Positions 1-10,305 of a DNA stretch of 64,000 nt are shown piece by piece (position 1 is the stretch's first letter; every line of letters begins with the position of its first letter). The notes under the pieces were generated by a model. The model was given only the letters and a program-made list of their open reading frames with translations, did no database searches and had not been told where the DNA came from. The stretch comes from Polyangia bacterium. Its GTDB lineage: Bacteria > Myxococcota_A > Polyangia > Palsa-1104 > JAEUJZ01. A program made the translations under genes and the position numbers. The DNA lies in NCBI GenBank assembly GCA_044222245.1, contig JBGANQ010000021.1, forward strand, positions 3,597-67,596. Direction: 5' to 3'.

Positions 1-420
1 CTAGGCCTGATTAAGGGTGCGCTCATTGGGGGCGGGATAGGCTACTGCCTGCTCAAGCTCGGCAACCCGAGCGGGGTCTTGGTCTATCTGTGCTGCGGTA
101 TCGTCGGAGCCGTGGTCGGGCTGCTCTGCGGGCGGGCTCCCTGGCATGCAGAGACCATCTGGACCCCGATCCTCAAGGTGATCTTCGGCTTCGGGATCGG
201 CGCCGGGCTTTACGCCCTGGGGCACCGGTTCGCGCCGGGCATGACGCTCACCATCCAGGGCTTCACCGAGCCGACCTCGCTGCGCTCGGGCGCGACGCTG
301 GCGCCGATCATCGGCATGCTCTACGGGCTGTTTGTCGAGGTGGACGATGGCGCCACCGGCACGACGACCTCGAGCAAGGGCCGCATCAAGGCGCTGCCCG
401 ACGGCGACAAGGACCTGTAA
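1..420 (+). CDS. Membrane protein of unknown function, 5'-truncated at window edge
   Basis: Frame is open from base 1 (LGLIKGALIGGGIGYCLL...) to TAA at 418-420; several hydrophobic Gly-rich segments. Confidence 0.7.
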   Translation, partial: LGLIKGALIGGGIGYCLLKLGNPSGVLVYLCCGIVGAVVGLLCGRAPWHAETIWTPILKVIFGFGIGAGLYALGHRFAPGMTLTIQGFTEPTSLRSGATLAPIIGMLYGLFVEVDDGATGTTTSSKGRIKALPDGDKDL

Positions 421-435
421 AGACCTCGCCGCCGC

Positions 436-978
436 TCAGCCGGGCGGCGGCGCCTCACCTGCCGCCTTGGGCGGACTCAGCTGCTCCAGCTGCCGCTTCA
501 GCTTGGCCACATCGGCGGCGCCGCTAAAGCCTTCATTAACAAACCGCACCACGCCGTCGCGATCGATGACGTAGGAAGACGGCATCTTGGGCGGGTCATA
601 GACCTCCGCCACCTTGCCCTCTGGATCGTGCAGGAGCTTGAACTTCAGCTTCAGGGCGCCCGCCAGGTCCAGGGCGTTCTTGCGCTCTTTGTCCAGGCTG
701 ATGCCGACGATGACGACGCCGCGCGCGGCGAGCTGCTGGTGCAGCCGCTCCAGCTCGGGCAGCTCCTTGGTGCACGGCTCGCACCAGGTCGCCCAGAAAT
801 CGACCAGGACCACCTTGCCGCGCAGCTCGCCCAGCTTGACCACGCCGCCGCGCAGCTCGGGCAGGGCAAAGTCCGCCGCCGGCTTGCCAGCGACCTGACC
901 CGCGGCGGCCGGTGGCACCAGGCCGCCCAAAAGGAGCAGGCCCAGACCCAGACCGGCGCGGCGCCCGCCTGGGTTCAC
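436..978 (-). CDS. TlpA/ResA-family thiol-disulfide reductase
   Basis: Signal-like N-terminus; LRGKVVLVDFWATWCEPC active-site motif; P-S-SYVIDRDG. Confidence 0.9.
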   Translation of the reverse strand: MNPGGRRAGLGLGLLLLGGLVPPAAAGQVAGKPAADFALPELRGGVVKLGELRGKVVLVDFWATWCEPCTKELPELERLHQQLAARGVVIVGISLDKERKNALDLAGALKLKFKLLHDPEGKVAEVYDPPKMPSSYVIDRDGVVRFVNEGFSGAADVAKLKRQLEQLSPPKAAGEAPPPG

Positions 979-1874
979 TGCGCCCTCATCGCGGCCCGCT
1001 CCTGCTCGACGTAGCTGCGCAGGGCGTCGACCGAGGTGATGCCGTTGGCGCGCTTGCCGTTAATAAAGAAGCTCGGGGTGCCCTGCAGCTCCAGCTTCTC
1101 GCCGACCTTGCGCTCGCGATCGACGCGCGCCTTGGCGGTGACCATGTCGGCCTTGAACTGCTCGACGTTGAGGTTGAGCTCCGCCGCGTACTTGAGCAGG
1201 TCGGGCATGCGCAGCTTGTCCTGGTTGTCGAACACCTTGTCGTGATAGGCCCAGAACTTGTTCTGCTTGCCCGCCGCCACCGTCGCCGCCGCCGCCAGCG
1301 CGGCGTTCTGGTGCGACGAGATGGGGAAGTTCATGAACACCAGCTTCACATCGGGATTCTCGCTGATGATCTGCTTTATCCACGGCTCGGCCATGCGGCA
1401 GTGCGGACACTCGAAGTCCGAGAACTCGACGATGGTGATCGGCGCCTTGGGATCGCCGCGCACCGCGGCACCGGTGATGTCGATGTCGTAGGGCTTGTTG
1501 TTGAGGAAGCGGGCGCTGTACTTCTCCTCCGCCTCGCTCTCCAGGAAGCCGTCGCTGATCATCTTGTGCAGAAACCGCGCGGCGACGCCCGAGACGGCGC
1601 ACTTGGGATCGGTCTGCAGCGACTTGAGCAGCGAGTGCGGCTTGCCGCACGCCGAGGGGAACTTCTCCAAAAGGCGCCGCAGGGTGTCGACTTCCGACGG
1701 CGTCATGCTCTTGACGTCCAGGCCCGCGAGGTCGCCGCCCTGAGCCTTGGCCGGCTCTGGTCCGGCGAGCGCTCGCCCCTCGCCGAGCCCGAAGCCCAGC
1801 GCCGCGCACAGCGCTGAGGCCATCAAGCTGGGGATAACTAGGTGCCCGGTTCTCCGCTTCATCTGGCTGTTCAT
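975..1874 (-). CDS. DsbA-family thioredoxin-fold protein
   Basis: GDPKAPITIVEFSDFECPHC and GTPSFFING motifs; 4-bp overlap with the downstream TlpA gene. Confidence 0.9.
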   Translation of the reverse strand: MNSQMKRRTGHLVIPSLMASALCAALGFGLGEGRALAGPEPAKAQGGDLAGLDVKSMTPSEVDTLRRLLEKFPSACGKPHSLLKSLQTDPKCAVSGVAARFLHKMISDGFLESEAEEKYSARFLNNKPYDIDITGAAVRGDPKAPITIVEFSDFECPHCRMAEPWIKQIISENPDVKLVFMNFPISSHQNAALAAAATVAAGKQNKFWAYHDKVFDNQDKLRMPDLLKYAAELNLNVEQFKADMVTAKARVDRERKVGEKLELQGTPSFFINGKRANGITSVDALRSYVEQERAAMRAQ

Positions 1875-1960
1875 CGTGTTTTTACCGTGCCGTTTGCTGG
1901 GCCGCCTTGCTTGGACGACTCAGACGGGATTTTTATCATAACTTTGGCTTGGGCCTGCCC

Positions 1961-3580
1961 TCACCCTGGGGCCTTACCTTCAAGGGCGCGCAAGATCGGG
2001 TTTTCGTAGTCCGGCCGGCGGGCGAACACGCCGTCCAGGCCGCGGCCGCCGGTCTCGGGTCGCTTGACGTCGGCGAACACGCCCTTGGCGATCGCCGACA
2101 GCAGCCCCTCGCCCTGCACGCTGCGCAGAAGGTCGCGCGCCTCGCCGAGCACCTGCTGGGCGCGCGCCACCACGCGGCCGCTCGGGTTCCAGCGCAGCTC
2201 CTCGGACAGGTGCTGCGCCGCGGTGAACACGTAGTCGGCGCCCTTGATCGCGGCGAAGCGATCCTGCAGGAGCGGCGTGTGGATGGACTCGGTCATCATG
2301 CCCAAAAGCTCGATCGTCTGCTCGGTCATCACCCCGACGAGGTCAAACAGCCCGTCGACCCGGTGCGACCAGAAGATGTCGCCCGACTTGTGCTTGGTCG
2401 CCGGCATCCACTTTATCGGATGCACCGGGAAGACCTGCCGCACCAGCTGCGCCTGCGCGACCTCCAGCAGGAACGAGTCGGGCAGCGACTTGTCGATCTC
2501 GAAGGCGTGGCCCAGGCCCGCCTGCTCTTGCTTGAGGCCGGCGCGCAGGGCGAACGCTTCGTTAATAAACTGCGAGGCCAGCACCGTGTGCGCCGCCACC
2601 ACCGCGTCGGCGGTGGTCAGGTAGTTGTCCTCGCCGGTGTTGATGATGATGCCGGCGCGGCTGATGATCCGCCGCGAGAAGTACTGATCGCACAGGGTGC
2701 GCCGCGGGTTGATGTCGCGGAACAGGATGCCGTACATCGCGTCGTTGAGCAGCATGTCCAGCCGCTCGATCGCCCCCAGGTAGGCGATCTCGGGCATGCA
2801 CAGCCCCGAGGAGTAGTTGACCTGCTGGAGGTAGCGGCCCAGGCGCTCCTGCTCCTCATCAAGCGCCCGGCGGACGATGCGGAAGTTCTCCTGGGTCGCC
2901 CAGGTGCCGCCGTAGCCCTCGGTGGTGGCGCCGTAGGGGACGTAGTCGATGAGCGACTGCGCCGTCGAGCGGATGACGGCGATGATGTCCGCCCCCACCT
3001 GCGCCGCCGCGCGCGCCTGATCGGCGTCGTCATAGATGTTGCCGGTGGCGACGATGACGTACTTGAGCGGGGCGCCGCCGCCCGGCCGCACGATGTCGCC
3101 CTGCGGTGGCGGCCGACCCGGCCCCAGGCCCAGGCGGTGCCAGGCCGCCAGCCGCTGGCGGCGCGCCTCATCGATGGCGGCGATGGCGGCGGCGGTGGGG
3201 GCCTGGAGGGCGCGGCGGGCGCTGTCGCGCAGCTCGCTGGGGATCGCCGTCGCCGGGCTGCTCAGGCAGGGGGCGTCGCCGTAGGCCAGCTCCTCGGCCG
3301 CCTCCTGCAGGGTCAGGCGCGGCGAGCGGGCCAGCGCCATGCCGAGGAACAGCGCTATACCGTGGTCGAGCAGCCCCGCCGCCTTATAGCGGTCGACGCA
3401 GCGGTTGACCAGCGGCACTCCCTGATCGTCGGCCCCGTCGACGCCGTAGGCGCGCAGCACCGTCCGCTCGATCGAGACCGTGCTGTGGGCGTCGATAAAC
3501 GACTGCACCTGACCGGCCACGGCGGCTGCCAGCTCCCGGCACTCGTCTACGACCCGCGGGTCAATGGGCAGAGGATACAT
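1961..3580 (-). CDS. kamD: Lysine 5,6-aminomutase alpha subunit
   Basis: HSTVSIERTVLR, YVIVATGNIYDD, AVIRSTAQSLIDYVPYGAT, NYSSGLCMPEIA and INTGEDNYLTTADA motifs; start taken at ATG 3580. Confidence 0.9.
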   Translation of the reverse strand: MYPLPIDPRVVDECRELAAAVAGQVQSFIDAHSTVSIERTVLRAYGVDGADDQGVPLVNRCVDRYKAAGLLDHGIALFLGMALARSPRLTLQEAAEELAYGDAPCLSSPATAIPSELRDSARRALQAPTAAAIAAIDEARRQRLAAWHRLGLGPGRPPPQGDIVRPGGGAPLKYVIVATGNIYDDADQARAAAQVGADIIAVIRSTAQSLIDYVPYGATTEGYGGTWATQENFRIVRRALDEEQERLGRYLQQVNYSSGLCMPEIAYLGAIERLDMLLNDAMYGILFRDINPRRTLCDQYFSRRIISRAGIIINTGEDNYLTTADAVVAAHTVLASQFINEAFALRAGLKQEQAGLGHAFEIDKSLPDSFLLEVAQAQLVRQVFPVHPIKWMPATKHKSGDIFWSHRVDGLFDLVGVMTEQTIELLGMMTESIHTPLLQDRFAAIKGADYVFTAAQHLSEELRWNPSGRVVARAQQVLGEARDLLRSVQGEGLLSAIAKGVFADVKRPETGGRGLDGVFARRPDYENPILRALEGKAPG

Positions 3581-3670
3581 GGATCGGAGCGTATGCCGCA
3601 CCGCCGCCAGAATCAACCCCGGCCGGTCAAGGTCCGGCGCCGCGGCGCGCGGCGGCGCGCTTTATCGGCT

Positions 3671-4378
3671 TTAGTTGGCGCCGGAGGCGGTGCCGCCCTG
3701 CAGCTCTTGGATGAGGCGGACCAGCTCGGCGCTCAAAAGATCGATGCGCCGCGGGAAGTCGCGCAGCTCCAGCAGCCGGCGCCGCGTCCGCGGCGGGCGC
3801 ACCAGGGCCGCCGACAGCACGTCGCACAGCCGGCGCGGGCGCGGCTCGGCGGCGCACAGGCTGCGTAGCGCCTCGCCGCCCTGCGGCAGCAGCCCCGCCA
3901 GGCGGTCGACAAGGACGACCAGCGTGCTGCGCGCCGCCGCCAGATCAAAGCTGTGCGGCCAGTGGTCGTGCAGCAGCCGGGCCCGCACCTCGCGGTAGGA
4001 GTGCCGCGGGCTCGCCGGCAGCTCCTCGCAGATCCCCACGCGCCCCAGGCCCCGCAGCAGGATGTTGTAAGTCCCATCGGGGTTTTGCCGGTGGGCGATG
4101 ATCTTGCCCACCCCGGCGATCCGCCGCACCGGCGGCCGGCCATAGTAGTCGTCAGCAAATCCCGGCCGCAGCGCCGCCACCGCCATGATGCCGCCGCGCG
4201 CCAGACAGTCGGCGGTGAGCTCGCGGTAGCGCGGCTCGAATACATAGAGCGGCAGCAGGGCGCGCGGGAACAGCTGGACCTGATCGAGCGGGAAGATGGG
4301 CAGCTGCGACAAGACGGGCGCGAGCAGTAGGCGGAGCTTGCGGGAGCGCGCCGTTTTCGTGTCTGAGCTTTTTGTCAC
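3671..4378 (-). CDS. Stand-alone Lon N-terminal substrate-binding domain protein
   Basis: LPIFPL..LFP..LPLYVFEPRY and DGTYNILLRG motifs; no ATPase or protease domain; start uncertain. Confidence 0.85.
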   Translation of the reverse strand: MTKSSDTKTARSRKLRLLLAPVLSQLPIFPLDQVQLFPRALLPLYVFEPRYRELTADCLARGGIMAVAALRPGFADDYYGRPPVRRIAGVGKIIAHRQNPDGTYNILLRGLGRVGICEELPASPRHSYREVRARLLHDHWPHSFDLAAARSTLVVLVDRLAGLLPQGGEALRSLCAAEPRPRRLCDVLSAALVRPPRTRRRLLELRDFPRRIDLLSAELVRLIQELQGGTASGAN

Positions 4379-4464
4379 GAGGGAACCTGTGACAGAACAG
4401 ATGCCGCAGGTGGCCCGGCAGCGCCTGAGATTCGTGCAATTCGTGCGCCCGGGCAAGGCCCCGC

Positions 4465-5133
4465 CTACATGGTGGGCGGACCGGAGGAGCCGGAGCCCGG
4501 CTTGCTGCGCGGCACCGCCCAGATGTGGCTGAAGCTCTCCGGCACCGAGATCGCCGCCGGCAGATCGCACGACTGACAGGCTTTGGGACCGCGCGGGTCG
4601 GTGCAGCGGGCGCAGCGGTCGAGCACATCGATCGTGGTGTGAAACTCGCGCCCCAGCCGCTCGATGACCTGGATCTTGCGGCGCAGCTCCTCGACATGCT
4701 CGGTGAGGATCCGCTGGATCTCGTGCGCCGAGTCGCGCACGTCGCTAAAGCGCGACTTGACGCGCAGGATCTCGCGGATCTCCTCGATCGAGAAGCCGCA
4801 GGTGCGCAGGTCCAGCACCAGGCGGAGCTTGCTCAGCTCGGCCTCATTGAACAGGCGGTGGCCGCCGCGCGAGCGCTCGGCCGCGGCGATGAGCTTCTGC
4901 GACTCGTAGAAGCGCACCGCGCGCGCGGTGGTGCTCGCCCCCTGCATCATGTCCTTGAGGGTCAGGCGGCGGCTCGGCGCGGCGGGCTCCGGCGGGTCCT
5001 GTTCGCGAGCGCGCTTGCGCGGTGCCGGGGCGGCTCGGCCCTCACGCCTGACCACGGCCGGCGGCGCTGCGGCCCCGGCGGACCCCTCTTCTTGGGCGGG
5101 GCACTGCGGCGCTGCGGCTCGGTTGCTGATCAT
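4465..5133 (-). CDS. MerR-family transcriptional regulator with C-terminal Cys cluster
   Basis: TTARAVRFYESQKLI..ERSRGGHRLF..GFSIEEIREIL HTH, coiled coil, then CARC..CQSC; start uncertain. Confidence 0.85.
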   Translation of the reverse strand: MISNRAAAPQCPAQEEGSAGAAAPPAVVRREGRAAPAPRKRAREQDPPEPAAPSRRLTLKDMMQGASTTARAVRFYESQKLIAAAERSRGGHRLFNEAELSKLRLVLDLRTCGFSIEEIREILRVKSRFSDVRDSAHEIQRILTEHVEELRRKIQVIERLGREFHTTIDVLDRCARCTDPRGPKACQSCDLPAAISVPESFSHIWAVPRSKPGSGSSGPPTM

Positions 5134-5409
5134 GGGACGCACCAAGTTGTTGGCGGGGTTGCGGTTTCAGTCAGTCGGGGCCGCGCGTGGCGCCGGACCC
5201 CGGGTAAAAAGCGGCGGCGGCCGATTCCAGCTTGCGCCGGACCCGGGCGCCGAGGATGACTTTATTTTCGAGCGTGCGCCCGGCACTGTCAATCTGCGGC
5301 GTCGCCCGCGCCCGCCTGGTCGCTCGGGGCGGGGCGGCGGGGGTGGCAACTGGCACCGGGCGCGATAATAATGAGGACGCCCGCGCCTCGCGCGGAAAGG
5401 AGTCCGCCC

Positions 5410-5835
5410 ATGGGCATGCTCGGCAGTGTGGTCCTCGTCCTCCTTGGCGCCCTCGCCAATGACACCCGGCTTGGCAAGCGGCGCGCCGACCTGCGCTTCT
5501 GGCTGCAGGCGCTGGCGCCGCTGTCGGGCTTCCTCGGCCTGGGCGCGGCGGTCAATGGCCTGCTGTGCGTCATCCAGATGCTGGCCTACCTCGGCTTTAT
5601 CCGCCACGCGCCCACGGTGTGGATCGGCACGACGACGGCGGGGGTGGTCTCGCTGCTGCTCGGGCTGCGCTTTGGCTATCCGATGCTGGCGAGCCTCGTC
5701 GGCGACCGCCTCAGCGAGTCGCAGCGCGGCCTGATCGAGCGCCTGCACAAGCAGCTGGTGGTCAGCCAGGAGCCGCTCGGCGCCGCCGGCATCGCCTTCG
5801 GCGTGTTCTGCATCGCCCTCAACCTGATCCGGTAG
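5410..5835 (+). CDS. Small multi-pass membrane protein
   Basis: GGAAAGGAG RBS before ATG 5410; about four hydrophobic segments. Confidence 0.65.
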   Translation: MGMLGSVVLVLLGALANDTRLGKRRADLRFWLQALAPLSGFLGLGAAVNGLLCVIQMLAYLGFIRHAPTVWIGTTTAGVVSLLLGLRFGYPMLASLVGDRLSESQRGLIERLHKQLVVSQEPLGAAGIAFGVFCIALNLIR

Positions 5836-6568
5836 CCGGCGCAAAGCCATGGCGGCGCAGGATCGCCTGCCCGCGCGGCCCACAGATGAAGGCGGCGAGC
5901 TGCGCCGCTCCCGCCTCGTCGCCGCCGCGCACCGCCGCGAGCGTGGCGACGAGCGGCGGGTGGGCGCTGGCCGGCACCAAGGTGTAGGCGTCGCCGTCGC
6001 GCATAAGGGCCAGCGCGGTGAGCGCCACATCTGCGTTTCCGGTCTGGGCGAACTGCAGCGCCTGGCGGACATTCTCCGCGAACACCAGCCGCGGCCGCAC
6101 CGCCTCGTAGAGGCCGCCGCTGCGCAGCGCCGCCACCGCCGCCTGACCGTAAGGGGCGTGCTCGGGGTTGGCCAGCGCCACGCGCCCCAGGCCCGGCCGC
6201 CCGAGCTCGGCCAGCGTCCGCGGCAGCGCCACCCCCGGTCGCGCCCACAGCACCAGGCGGCCGCAGGCGAAGTCGCGCTGCGACTGCGGCACGAGCCGCC
6301 CGAGCTCGGCCAGCCGCTTGATGAGCGCGGTGCTCGCCGAGGCGAACAGATCGAAGGGCGCGCCGTGCACGAGCTGCTGGGTCAGCGACCCCGAGCTGGC
6401 GAAGCTCCACACCACCGGCCGCCCGCTGGCGGCGTGAAACTCGGCCGTGAGCTCCGTGAACGCCGGCTCCAGATCCGCGGCCGCGGCCCCGCGCAGCGCC
6501 CGCCGGCCGCCCCGACTGCAGGCGGCCAGCACCGTGCCAAGGAGCAGCTGCCGGCGGGACGGTCGCAT
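5819..6568 (-). CDS. modA: Molybdate ABC transporter substrate-binding protein
   Basis: AAAADL, FASSGSLTQQ..GAPFDLFASA, ALANPEHAPYG and ENVRQALQF motifs; RR plus LAAC lipoprotein/Tat-like leader. Confidence 0.9.
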   Translation of the reverse strand: MRPSRRQLLLGTVLAACSRGGRRALRGAAAADLEPAFTELTAEFHAASGRPVVWSFASSGSLTQQLVHGAPFDLFASASTALIKRLAELGRLVPQSQRDFACGRLVLWARPGVALPRTLAELGRPGLGRVALANPEHAPYGQAAVAALRSGGLYEAVRPRLVFAENVRQALQFAQTGNADVALTALALMRDGDAYTLVPASAHPPLVATLAAVRGGDEAGAAQLAAFICGPRGQAILRRHGFAPATGSG

Positions 6569-6589
6569 CGCCCAGGCGTCCTGTCGCGA

Positions 6590-8560
6590 TTACTTGAGCG
6601 GGGCCGCGGGCGTCGCCGGGCTCACGCTCAGGTAGGTGACCAGGGCCTCGACCACCGCGTCCTGCAGCCGCTTGGCCGGCTGGACGCTGCCGTCCTCGCC
6701 CAGGTCGTTGACGAGGATGGAAAAGGCCAGCGGCGGCCGCAGCGGCTGCGAGCCCGGCGCCGGCGCCCCCGCGTACCCCGACAGGCAGGAGATGCCGCTG
6801 AGCGTCCCGGTCTTGGCGCGCACATAGCGCTCGGCGACGCTGCCGGCCATGCGGTGACCGATCGTGCCGTCGGCCCCGGCCAGCGCCAAAGACGCCACGA
6901 AATCGGCGGCGAAACGGAAATCGCGGTAGGCGGCGCGCAGCAGCATCACCACCTGCGTCGCCGTGAAGCGGTTCGAGTCAAAAAGCCCCGAGCCGTTGAC
7001 CATCTGATACTTGCCAGGCGCGATGCCCAGGGTCTCCAGGTAGCGGCTGACCGCCTGCAGGCCCTTCTGCCAGCTGCCCGGCTTGCCGCTGGAGTCGGCG
7101 CCCAGGCTCTTTAGCACCTGCTCGGCCATGAAGTTGTTGGAGTGCTTGTTGATGTTGCGGGCCAGAACGCCGAGCGGCTGCGAGTAGTGGCTATCGACCA
7201 GCAGGGCGGTGGGCGGGGCGGTGCCGCGGCTGACCTTGCCGCCGACCTGGATGCCGCGGCGGGTGAGCAGCTCGAGCAGCGTCGCGCCGGCGTACAGGTC
7301 GGGGTGGGCGACGCGCTTGTTGAAGTCCTGACCGCTGTCGCTTGCGCGGATCGTGCCGCGCACCCGGATGACAGTGCGCTCGCGACCCGGCGGCGCGTCT
7401 TTTTCCTCGCTCGCCTCGACGACCAGGCTGGTGCGGCCGCTCTGGACGGTGCGCGCCTCGTTGCTGATGACGAAGTAGGCCGACTGCGGGTCCAGGGCCA
7501 CCCGCGGCGGCTGGCCGTCGCCGCCGCCCGGCTGGACGCGGATGCCCACCGCGTTGTAGTTCAGCGACACCGCCCCCTGCGGGGCGCGGTAGGCGTTGTC
7601 CTGGTTCTTCTGCTCAAAGGCCGGGCCGACCCGCTGGTCATCAAAGAAGCTGTCGTCGATGATGATGTCGCCCTTGATGCGCTTTATCCCGCGCGAGGAC
7701 AGCTCCAGGGTCAGCTTCCACAGGTCTTCGGTCGACAGCGACGGGTCGCCGTAGCCGCGCAGGTACAGGTTCTTGTACTCGCTGCGATCGGCGCCGCGCT
7801 CGGCCGACAGCACCGTCTTGAAGCGGTACTCCGGCCCGAGCAGCGCCAGCGCCGCGGCGGTGGTGAACAGCTTGACGTTGGAGGCGATGTTGAGCGGCGC
7901 GACGTCGTTCTTGCCGTACAAGAGCCGGCCGCTGTCGACGTCGAGCACGGCGATGCCGACCCGGGCCCGTGTCGGCAGCAGCACCTGGGTCACCTGATCG
8001 ATGCGCGCCTCCAGCCACTTGAGCCGCTGCGCCGGGTCGCCCGGCGGCGCGACGAGCGGCGGCGCGCTCAGGCTGCTCGCCGAGGGCGGGCTTGGGTGCT
8101 CGACCTCGCCCGGGGCGGCGCTCGGTCCGGCGGCCGGCGCGACCGCGGAAGTCGCCGCCGGCGTGCCGGACGGATTGGCGGCCGGCTTGGCCACCGCTGG
8201 CGGCGCGCTCTGGCTGGACGAGGGCGCGGGCGGCTGCGCCTGTGCGAAAATTAGCCTCCCACCCAAAGCCGCATTAGCGTGGACGCTTCGTCCCTCTTGC
8301 GATGTGGAAGCGCCCTGCGATGACAGACTTGGCCGCGACTCCGGCCCTACGCCCAGGCTCGGGCGTGAGTCTCGTCCCGTGGCCGCTCCATCCGCCGGAG
8401 CCGCGGCAAGCTCGGTCGCCCCAAAGAGCAGCGCTCCGACGCCGAGCGCCGCCAGGGGCGCGACCCAAGCGGTCCGCCGACCCTGCGGCCGGGACCGCTG
8501 CGTCGGCCCGCAGCCGTTGTCTGGGATCGCTTGCGGGATCGCTCGCGGAGCCGCGGCCAT
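6590..8560 (-). CDS. dacB: D-Ala-D-Ala carboxypeptidase/endopeptidase (PBP4, peptidase S13) with long low-complexity N-terminus
   Basis: ASNVK (SxxK), SNN (SxN), KTGT, GYGDPSL and NGSGL motifs; start uncertain. Confidence 0.9.
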   Translation of the reverse strand: MAAAPRAIPQAIPDNGCGPTQRSRPQGRRTAWVAPLAALGVGALLFGATELAAAPADGAATGRDSRPSLGVGPESRPSLSSQGASTSQEGRSVHANAALGGRLIFAQAQPPAPSSSQSAPPAVAKPAANPSGTPAATSAVAPAAGPSAAPGEVEHPSPPSASSLSAPPLVAPPGDPAQRLKWLEARIDQVTQVLLPTRARVGIAVLDVDSGRLLYGKNDVAPLNIASNVKLFTTAAALALLGPEYRFKTVLSAERGADRSEYKNLYLRGYGDPSLSTEDLWKLTLELSSRGIKRIKGDIIIDDSFFDDQRVGPAFEQKNQDNAYRAPQGAVSLNYNAVGIRVQPGGGDGQPPRVALDPQSAYFVISNEARTVQSGRTSLVVEASEEKDAPPGRERTVIRVRGTIRASDSGQDFNKRVAHPDLYAGATLLELLTRRGIQVGGKVSRGTAPPTALLVDSHYSQPLGVLARNINKHSNNFMAEQVLKSLGADSSGKPGSWQKGLQAVSRYLETLGIAPGKYQMVNGSGLFDSNRFTATQVVMLLRAAYRDFRFAADFVASLALAGADGTIGHRMAGSVAERYVRAKTGTLSGISCLSGYAGAPAPGSQPLRPPLAFSILVNDLGEDGSVQPAKRLQDAVVEALVTYLSVSPATPAAPLK

Positions 8561-8658
8561 TGCCGGCAGGCCGGAGCGGGGGTCGGGCCCGAGAACCAGA
8601 ACCATACCGGCAGCCTACCAAAAACTGCCGCCCGCCGTCGTATTTCTGCGCGTCGGCC

Positions 8659-10266
8659 GTGGCCCTTCGGGGCCGGCGGCGGTCGGCCCTGGGGGTTGTG
8701 CTGGCCCTTGTGTGCGGGCTCGCCGGCTGCCAGCGGCAGCGCGTGCCGAGCGACGAGCTGGTGGTGCTCATCGAGCAGCCGCCCAAGAACCTCGACCCGC
8801 GCTACGCCTCGACCTCGTACGACCTGAAGCTGGAGTTTCTGTGCTACGCGCGCCTGGTCTCGGTCGACGATGACACCCTGGAGCCCAAGCTCGACCTCGC
8901 CGAGGCGATAACCGTCCTGCCCCCAGACCCCGCCCAGCCGGCGGCGCTGCGCTTTGATGTCCGGCTGCGCCCCGCCCGCTTCGCCGACGGCGCCGAGGTG
9001 ACCGCTGGGGACGTCGCCTACACCGTCGAGCGCCTCGCCGATGAAAAGACCGGCAGCACCACCATGCGCCGCCGCTTCGCCGAGTCCGGCCTGCAGGTGC
9101 CGCCGCAGATCCTCGACAGCCGCACCGTGCGCTTCACCCTGGCCCACGCCCACGCCTCGTTCCGCACCGATCTGGACTTCGGCATCTTCCGCCGCGGCAC
9201 CGCCGAGCCGACCAGCAAGCGGCCCAGCGAAGGCGGGATGCCCATCGGCGCCGGCCCGTTTGTGCTGGTCAGCGAGGTCGGCGAGGTGACGCGTTTTGTC
9301 AGAAACCCCAACTTCTACGGCGGCCCGCCGACGCTCAAGCGGCTCACCGTGCGGGTGGTGCGCGACTCCAACTCGCGGCTCTTGTCGCTGGTCGGCGGCT
9401 CGGCGGATCTGACGCAGAACACGGTCTCGCCGCTGCTCTTTGACGCGATCGGCAAGTGGCGCACGCGCCTGCAGCTGCAGACCGCGCCGTCGGCGCTGCT
9501 GTACTACCTGGGCATGAACAACGAGGACCCGCACCTGCGCGAGCCGCGGGTGCGGCGGGCGCTGGCGCTCGGCATCGATCGCGAGCGCATCGTCCGCACC
9601 AAGCTGCACGGCAAGGCGACCCTGGCCTCGGGTCTCTTGGCGCCGCTGCACTGGGCGTATCAGGCCCCGCTGGAGCCGCTGCTCTACGATCCGGCCAAGG
9701 CGCGCCAGCTGCTTGACGAGGCGGGCTTCCCCGACCCCGACGGCCCGGGTCCGCGGCCGCGGTTCACCCTGCAGTACAAGACCTCGACCGACGCCCTGCC
9801 GGTTGCCATCGCCCGCGTCATCGCCGCCCAGCTCGCCGAGATCGGCATCGCCGTCGAGCTGCGGCCGCTGGAGTTTCACCTGTTTTTGTCCGACGTGAAG
9901 AAGGGCAACTTCCAGCTGTACACCCTGAGCTCGTCGGAGATCGCCGAGCCCAACGTCTACCGCAACTTCTTCCACTCGTCGTTCATCCCCACCGCCGCCA
10001 ACCTCGACGCCGGTCTGAACCGGATGCGCTACCGCAACGCCGAGATCGACGCCCTGCTCGACGAAGGGCAGCGCGAGATGGACCGCGACAAGCGGCGCCG
10101 CATCTACGCCCGGGTGCAGACGATCCTCGGGCGCGATCTGCCGATGCTGCCGCTGTGGCACCCCGACAACGTAGTCGTCGCCCGCCGCCTCGTGCAGGGC
10201 TTTCGCATGTGGCCCTCGGCGCAGCTGTCGGGCCTGGCCGGCGTGACCAAGCTGCCCGAGCGCTAG
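8659..10266 (+). CDS. ABC transporter substrate-binding lipoprotein, family 5 (peptide/nickel)
   Basis: LAGC lipobox; NLDP, PIGAGPF, VRRALALGIDR and YDPAKARQLLDEAG motifs; start uncertain. Confidence 0.88.
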   Translation: MALRGRRRSALGVVLALVCGLAGCQRQRVPSDELVVLIEQPPKNLDPRYASTSYDLKLEFLCYARLVSVDDDTLEPKLDLAEAITVLPPDPAQPAALRFDVRLRPARFADGAEVTAGDVAYTVERLADEKTGSTTMRRRFAESGLQVPPQILDSRTVRFTLAHAHASFRTDLDFGIFRRGTAEPTSKRPSEGGMPIGAGPFVLVSEVGEVTRFVRNPNFYGGPPTLKRLTVRVVRDSNSRLLSLVGGSADLTQNTVSPLLFDAIGKWRTRLQLQTAPSALLYYLGMNNEDPHLREPRVRRALALGIDRERIVRTKLHGKATLASGLLAPLHWAYQAPLEPLLYDPAKARQLLDEAGFPDPDGPGPRPRFTLQYKTSTDALPVAIARVIAAQLAEIGIAVELRPLEFHLFLSDVKKGNFQLYTLSSSEIAEPNVYRNFFHSSFIPTAANLDAGLNRMRYRNAEIDALLDEGQREMDRDKRRRIYARVQTILGRDLPMLPLWHPDNVVVARRLVQGFRMWPSAQLSGLAGVTKLPER

Positions 10267-10305
10267 CCCGCCGCCGCGCCGTCTGCCAAAGGGGCGGACG
10301 GCGGC

